Shown here one piece after another: positions 59,164 through 64,000 of a stretch of DNA of 64,000 nt. How positions within the stretch are numbered: position 1 is the stretch's first letter; every line of letters starts with the position of its first letter. The notes under the pieces are model-generated. The model worked only from the letters and a program-made list of their open reading frames with translations. It had not been told where the DNA came from and ran no database searches. The DNA is from Candidatus Enterousia sp. (GTDB taxonomy: Bacteria > Pseudomonadota > Alphaproteobacteria > Rs-D84): assembly GCA_045593685.1 (NCBI GenBank), contig JAZNXD010000018.1, forward strand, positions 41,247 to 105,246, given 5' to 3'. The translations under genes and the position numbers were made by a program.

Positions 59164-60243
59164 TCACTCCGCGCATACTATATTATTTATTTCCCCATTT
59201 TGGCAAGTAACAAATACCGCATCGGGCACATCTTTAAATATATCTGCATCCAATCCGGTTGCCCAAACCTGGGCATCGACGGCACCCAATTCCGCAAAAA
59301 TTTGTGCACGTGCATTTGAATCCAGGTGTGCCACCGCTTCGTCCATTAAAATAATTACACGTCGCCCAGTTTTGGCGTGCACCAATTTTGCATGTGCCAA
59401 AATTAAATCTATTAATACGGTTTTTTGCTGGCCGGTACTGGTCAAATGTGCCGGCAACCCCAGTTCCTGGTTAAACACCGCAAAGTCCGATTTGTGCGCA
59501 CCATCCAAAACCATTTTGTCCCCAATCAAAACGCGGTTGTTTTTCAGGTATTCTAAATATGCACGTTCTGCATCGCCGGCGCTGCTGCCCTGTATCAGCA
59601 TCTTTTCAATCCAACCCGACACGGACACGGCGCACCGCCTAAGGAAATAATTCAATTCGCCCGCGTATTGAATTCGTGCCACGGCGATTGCCACGGCCAC
59701 ACCCGCAATTTGTTCATCCAACGCACCGACCCAGTGCACGTCCGCGCCCGACTTTAACGCAAACGCCCGTTCGCTAAGAAGTTTTGCCAATCGTGCCGTT
59801 CGGCCCGCGTGCGATGCATCAAAACTGGTGGCCAGTCTGTCAAAAAAGGCCCGTCGTTCTGATGCGCTGTCCACGAACAATCTGTCTTCGCGTGGTGTCA
59901 GCCAAACAATGCGCATATGTTTGGCCAAATCGGCCAATGGCGCATTATCCCCGTCTATTTTTGCACGGCGATTCGCGTCCCCATGGGCAAAGTTTACAGA
60001 AATTTGTGTCGCATCATCCAATTCGGCAAAGGTGCTGAACCCACCATTTCCATCAAATCGTGCGATGTCCCCCATGGCCGCGCCCCGCATTCCACGTTCC
60101 CCACCCAGCATTGACAGGGCCTCTAATATCGCGGTTTTACCCGCGCCATTTGGTCCGATAATAATCACATTATGTCGTCCAAATGTTTCGACACGACACA
60201 TGGCATGATTTCTAAAATTGGTCAGACTTAAACTGTTTATCAT
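59164..60243 (-). CDS. recF: DNA replication and repair protein RecF
   Basis: N-terminal LSLTNFRN ... GPNGAGKT Walker A. ABC signature region. Confidence 0.9.
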   Translation of the reverse strand: MINSLSLTNFRNHAMCRVETFGRHNVIIIGPNGAGKTAILEALSMLGGERGMRGAAMGDIARFDGNGGFSTFAELDDATQISVNFAHGDANRRAKIDGDNAPLADLAKHMRIVWLTPREDRLFVDSASERRAFFDRLATSFDASHAGRTARLAKLLSERAFALKSGADVHWVGALDEQIAGVAVAIAVARIQYAGELNYFLRRCAVSVSGWIEKMLIQGSSAGDAERAYLEYLKNNRVLIGDKMVLDGAHKSDFAVFNQELGLPAHLTSTGQQKTVLIDLILAHAKLVHAKTGRRVIILMDEAVAHLDSNARAQIFAELGAVDAQVWATGLDADIFKDVPDAVFVTCQNGEINNIVCAE

Positions 60244-60312
60244 GCGCAAATAATACACAATAAAAAAATCACCCGCAAGGGGTGTTTTTCTGATTTATTC
60301 TTTTAAAAAAAG

Positions 60313-60386
60313 TGGAGGCCTGGGTCGGAATCGAACCGGCATCCAAGGATTTGCAGTCCTCTGCATAACCACTCTGCCACCAGGCC
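60313..60386 (-). tRNA. tRNA-Cys (anticodon GCA)
   Basis: Acceptor GGCCTGG/CCAGGCC. U73 discriminator. Anticodon loop CUGCAAA. T-loop TTCGATT. CCA is encoded. Confidence 0.85.
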
Positions 60387-60481
60387 TTAATCAGCGACCC
60401 AATCTTACGCAAAAAAAAATTGTATTTCAACAGAAAAATGTTTTATAATAGAAAAAGTTTTATGGGGGGAATGTTTTACAC

Positions 60482-61822
60482 ATGAAAAAGGTATATTATT
60501 TATTGTTGTGCATGGCGTCTTTATCGGCGCATGCCGCATCCGATGATTGCATGACACGCACAACCGTGCCGTCGGAAAAATTGAATTTGCCCCAGGTAAT
60601 AGAATTGGGCCTGTGTCGTAATCCGCAAACAACATCTGCCTATTTGGCGTATGAATCCGCGCGTTTATCAAAAAATGCGGGATATGCGGATTATTTACCT
60701 TCTGTTAACGCATCGGCATCGGCGTCGATTCCGTATCGCAATGAACAGTGGGGTGATTGGACGTATGGCGCATCCATTTCTGCATCATATCTAATATTTG
60801 ATTTTGGCAAACGGTTATCTGATTTGAATCAGTTATCTGCATCATGGCGTGCGGCGGGGTTTGAATATGATGAAACGGTACAAAATTATATCTATGGATT
60901 GATTGGTTCGTATTATGCGTTGTTAAACGCGGATGCGGACGTAGAATCTGCGCAAATGCTGCGTGACGTTGCAAAAAATGCACGTGACACAGCACAAAAA
61001 AAATTCAAGGCGGGTTCTGTTGCCAAGGCGGACGTATTAAAGGCCGACACCACATTGGCCGGACGTGACCTGGATTTGGAACGCGCAAAAAATAATCGCG
61101 AAATTGCCAAGGGGGCCCTGCTGAACAAATTATCATTTGCCGCAGACCAGGAAATTTCAATCGCGGACCTGCCGGCGGAAATTGGGACGCCCGGTGATAC
61201 AAAATCCCTGGATGAATTATTTGACCAGGCAAAAAAAACGCGTCCCGACCTGTTGCGTGCTTCTGCAAACAAAGATGCCGCATGGCATCGCCGTAACAGC
61301 ACATTTCTTAGCAACCTGCCATCAATTTCCGCATCTGGATCATTACAGTGGAACGATACGCCGTCGGAAACATTTGGTGCGGGCAACGATAAAATCAGTG
61401 GCAGTATCGGAATACGTGCATCCATGCCACTGTTTGCGGGATTTGCGAACATGTACAATCTGCGCAACGCCCAGGTAAACTATGAACGCGCCATCGAAAA
61501 CGAACGCGCAACCGCGGACAATGCGTCCCTGGACGTTTATACCGCATATCACAATTATAAAACGGCACAGACTGTTTTAAAGCAAACCGAAACATTGTTA
61601 AAATCTGCCACGGAAAGCGAACGTGTCACCGCGGGTATGTATCGTGTTGGTCGTGCAACAATGCTGGATTGGCAAACGGCACAGTCTGAATTAATGACCG
61701 CCGAAAAGCAAAACAATGCCGCCCGCTATGATTTATTTACCAAACGCGCAGCGGTTGCATTGGCCGTTGGGGAAATCAAGGCAAAGTTAGAAGAGGGGGA
61801 ATTACATGAAGAAAACAACTAA
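60482..61822 (+). CDS. tolC: TolC-family outer membrane efflux protein
   Basis: Signal peptide. Two-repeat helical/beta-barrel architecture. 446 aa. Confidence 0.8.
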   Translation: MKKVYYLLLCMASLSAHAASDDCMTRTTVPSEKLNLPQVIELGLCRNPQTTSAYLAYESARLSKNAGYADYLPSVNASASASIPYRNEQWGDWTYGASISASYLIFDFGKRLSDLNQLSASWRAAGFEYDETVQNYIYGLIGSYYALLNADADVESAQMLRDVAKNARDTAQKKFKAGSVAKADVLKADTTLAGRDLDLERAKNNREIAKGALLNKLSFAADQEISIADLPAEIGTPGDTKSLDELFDQAKKTRPDLLRASANKDAAWHRRNSTFLSNLPSISASGSLQWNDTPSETFGAGNDKISGSIGIRASMPLFAGFANMYNLRNAQVNYERAIENERATADNASLDVYTAYHNYKTAQTVLKQTETLLKSATESERVTAGMYRVGRATMLDWQTAQSELMTAEKQNNAARYDLFTKRAAVALAVGEIKAKLEEGELHEENN

Positions 61823-63035
61823 ATCATCTGATACGCAATCACCAAAACAAAAACGCCCATCTTTGTTTGGTCGATTCTTTCGTTTTATTTGGCGCAAAAA
61901 GTGGTGGATATTATTAATTGGTGCAATTTTGGTTGCAATTAAGTTTATTGCCACTGACCCCGCGGGCAAGGCACCCGAATACATAACAATAAATATTACG
62001 CGTGGTGACCTGCGCCAGGTGGTCAGTGCCACCGGTGAAATCCAGCCTGTAAACACAGTCAACGTTGGTTCCCAGGTATCCGGAACAATCGATAATCTGT
62101 ATGTGGATTTTAATTCCAAGGTAAAAAAAGGTGACGTATTACTAACGATTGAACCGTCTGTGTTACAGGCAACCGTTGACGAAGCGCGCGCATCCCTGGA
62201 CAGCACTATATCCCAACGTAACTTTGCCAAAAGTGAATATGAACGCAATAAAATGCTGTACGAAGGCGACATGATTTCGCGCGCAGAAATGGAACAGTCC
62301 CTGACCCAATACGAACAGTCGGAACAGTCCGTAAAACGTGCCCAGTCCACATATGATCGTGCGGTAACAAATTTGGGTTACGCGACAATCATATCCCCGG
62401 TGGATGGGACCGTCATCTCGCGCAAGGTGGATGTTGGGCAAACGGTTGCGGCATCTTTTCAAACACCTGACCTGTTTGAAATCGCCGAAGATTTAACAAA
62501 AATGCAAATTGAAACCGCCGTATCCGAAGCGGACATTGGTGTCATCCAAGAAGGTCAGCCCGTAACCTTTTCCGTTGATGCATATCCAACCGAAACCTTT
62601 AATGGTGTGGTGCGTCAAATACGTCTGTCGCCGACAACAACATCAAACGTGGTTGTTTACACGGTTGTGATTGATGTTGATAATTCTGATTTACGCCTGA
62701 TGCCGGGTATGACCGCATTTGTAACAATTATTATTTCCGAAAAACAAAATGTATGGAAGGCGGCAAATGCGGCGTTCCTGGTGCGCAGTTTTGCAAACTT
62801 TTTAGAACCGGCCGATATAAATGGCGCATCACCTGCTTCGCACCTGGCGCTGTTGCGCGATGAAGCGGTGATTTTGGTTCCCTATACCAAGGGATTGTCC
62901 ACCGCAACCGAAACGGAAATAATGTCCGAAGAAATCGAAATGGGGGATAAAATTATTGTTGGACGCGTCGGCATGACATCCAGCAATCCTAAGACAAACA
63001 TGAACCCAATGCGCGGTCCGGGTGGCCCACGTTAA
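61806..63035 (+). CDS. HlyD/membrane-fusion-protein family periplasmic adaptor
   Basis: N-terminal transmembrane segment. Biotinyl/lipoyl-like hairpin. Coiled coil. Overlaps the tolC end. Confidence 0.8.
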   Translation: MKKTTKSSDTQSPKQKRPSLFGRFFRFIWRKKWWILLIGAILVAIKFIATDPAGKAPEYITINITRGDLRQVVSATGEIQPVNTVNVGSQVSGTIDNLYVDFNSKVKKGDVLLTIEPSVLQATVDEARASLDSTISQRNFAKSEYERNKMLYEGDMISRAEMEQSLTQYEQSEQSVKRAQSTYDRAVTNLGYATIISPVDGTVISRKVDVGQTVAASFQTPDLFEIAEDLTKMQIETAVSEADIGVIQEGQPVTFSVDAYPTETFNGVVRQIRLSPTTTSNVVVYTVVIDVDNSDLRLMPGMTAFVTIIISEKQNVWKAANAAFLVRSFANFLEPADINGASPASHLALLRDEAVILVPYTKGLSTATETEIMSEEIEMGDKIIVGRVGMTSSNPKTNMNPMRGPGGPR

Positions 63036-63068
63036 AAATTAATCCCGCGAAAGCGGGATTTTTTTAAA
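63036..63068. terminator. Bidirectional terminator ATCCCGCgaaaGCGGGAT
   Basis: 7-bp stem with a GAAA loop, flanked by A5 and T7. Confidence 0.65.
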
Positions 63069-64000
63069 ACGTTAAACGTAATCCGGCGGATATAAAAGGT
63101 GTCTTGGACGTTGTGCCACCCGATATCCAACCATCCACATTTTCACTGTATTTATAACGAAACGAAGCAATCAACATATTGTCCCGAAAATCATCCACAT
63201 CACTGTGCCAAACACCGGTGTCTGAAAACATATATGTCAAAGACAGACTGTAACGCAATAAATCATAACTGACCCCGGTCCCCAGCACAAATCCATCGGA
63301 CACCGGACCAATCGGGTCTTGGTCATATATAATGCGTGCCGTCGTGCCCCAAACCCAACTGTTGTATTGCAGATTCATACCCATTGACATTTGCGCGCGC
63401 CAATCTGCGGTGACACCGGGGGTATAAACTTCGGGGTCGAAATCGTCGGGATTGTCCATAAAAGACACACCCAAAGAATACGCTGTTTTTATCTTGCCTG
63501 ATGGCCTGCGAATTTTTAACCCCGCATCCATTGCCCAGTCGTAATCGTCCGCAAAACCGGCGGCCGAAAAACCATATTGTACGCCGGATTTTGGTGCGCT
63601 GGTTAAATTAATACGTGGCGCATTACGTCCCGACGTCAATGTTGTGTCCGGTATAACGGGACCGCCCGGAATAATTTTTTCATTATACAGGGGTCTGTCA
63701 TTAATGCGCAGCCCCCCAACATCGGGTAACCCCACACCCAATTTTCGTGCAACCGAATCTGTGTATCCAACCTCGATACGGCCCATGTTTCGAATTTCCC
63801 ACAACGCAAATGCTTCGCGCGAAAAGTTTCCCTTGTCCAGGGCCGCCTGGTCCATTGCATAGACTAGTCCGAATTTGTGCGCATCATTTATTTGGTACGT
63901 AATTTGTCCGCGTCCCCGCCAATCACCAATAAACAGGGTTGATTCAAAGTCAGGTTCGATTATCCCACCCGTTGCATATCCGGTCAACTTTGCGGAAAAC
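63064..64000 (-). CDS. Outer-membrane beta-barrel protein (porin-like), 5' end beyond window
   Basis: Alternating beta-strand pattern. C-terminal LRLTF (terminal Phe). The frame stays open to the window end. Confidence 0.55.
   Translation of the reverse strand, partial: FSAKLTGYATGGIIEPDFESTLFIGDWRGRGQITYQINDAHKFGLVYAMDQAALDKGNFSREAFALWEIRNMGRIEVGYTDSVARKLGVGLPDVGGLRINDRPLYNEKIIPGGPVIPDTTLTSGRNAPRINLTSAPKSGVQYGFSAAGFADDYDWAMDAGLKIRRPSGKIKTAYSLGVSFMDNPDDFDPEVYTPGVTADWRAQMSMGMNLQYNSWVWGTTARIIYDQDPIGPVSDGFVLGTGVSYDLLRYSLSLTYMFSDTGVWHSDVDDFRDNMLIASFRYKYSENVDGWISGGTTSKTPFISAGLRLTF

Overview
This window is a gene-dense, compact stretch of a bacterial chromosome (~42% GC), most likely from an alphaproteobacterium with a reduced genome. 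Coding density is above 85%, many housekeeping proteins are unusually short, IleS is the eukaryote-type, and a VirB4 type IV secretion ATPase is cut by the window start. Most genes are housekeeping. Coordinates are 1-based on the + strand.

- virB4' then a lipoprotein, a SufB/D-like fragment and ychF, with dnaG-topA convergent on the minus strand.
- rodA-mrdA-mreD-mreC on the minus strand, with mreB 29 kb away.
- rpmI-rplT-pheS-pheT-lptF/G-lptD-surA-like-rlmN-(TrpF-like), then xseB-mutS-truB-rpsO.
- nth-(small Cys ORF)-ileS on the minus strand.
- mnmG-fabG-fabD and queH-hyp-metG on the minus strand.
- accB-accC, yidD-rnpA, mreB, gpsA, a TPR protein, rsmG, an inserted HExxH gene, parA-parB.
- An orphan radical-SAM gene, pal, a UDG-like gene, infC, rmuC, def-fmt-truA.
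- A Cys-rich secreted protein, comEC, a small membrane protein, HAD, sspB, recF, tolC plus a membrane-fusion protein, and a partial outer-membrane-protein gene.
- Three tRNAs: Thr-CGU, Val-GAC and Cys-GCA.

No CRISPR array, insertion sequence or transposase, integrase or rRNA was seen.

The most unusual signal is a structured leader of about 190 nt that occurs twice, at 30275-30502 and 38649-38878. Both copies share the same architecture:
- a promoter TTGCAA-N17/18-TATAAT;
- a peripheral hairpin, then exactly 7 nt;
- an 8-bp hairpin CCTCCAACC/GGTTGGAGG;
- exactly 46 nt containing a hairpin whose sequence differs but whose position is the same;
- a second ACCTCCAACC that overlaps the 5' arm of an intrinsic terminator just before the ribosome-binding site.

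Each copy sits ahead of a paralogous 61-aa XRE-type HTH gene. This looks like a terminator/antiterminator attenuator (riboswitch-like) cassette that I cannot assign to a known family. One copy lies next to tRNA-Val and a SocA/Panacea-like gene.

Other points of interest:
- Two unrelated hypothetical genes (orphan radical SAM; secreted HExxH protein) share a near-identical promoter box placed for leaderless transcription.
- parS-like 16-mers flank the HExxH gene, which sits between rsmG and parA.
- A family of near-identical CCGGCATTTGCCGG terminators recurs through the window.
- A terminator lies immediately upstream of the ribosome-binding site of a Cys-rich secreted protein gene.
- A candidate small RNA lies between ychF and dnaG.
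- A truncated SufB/D-like gene and a divergent TrpF-like gene are present.
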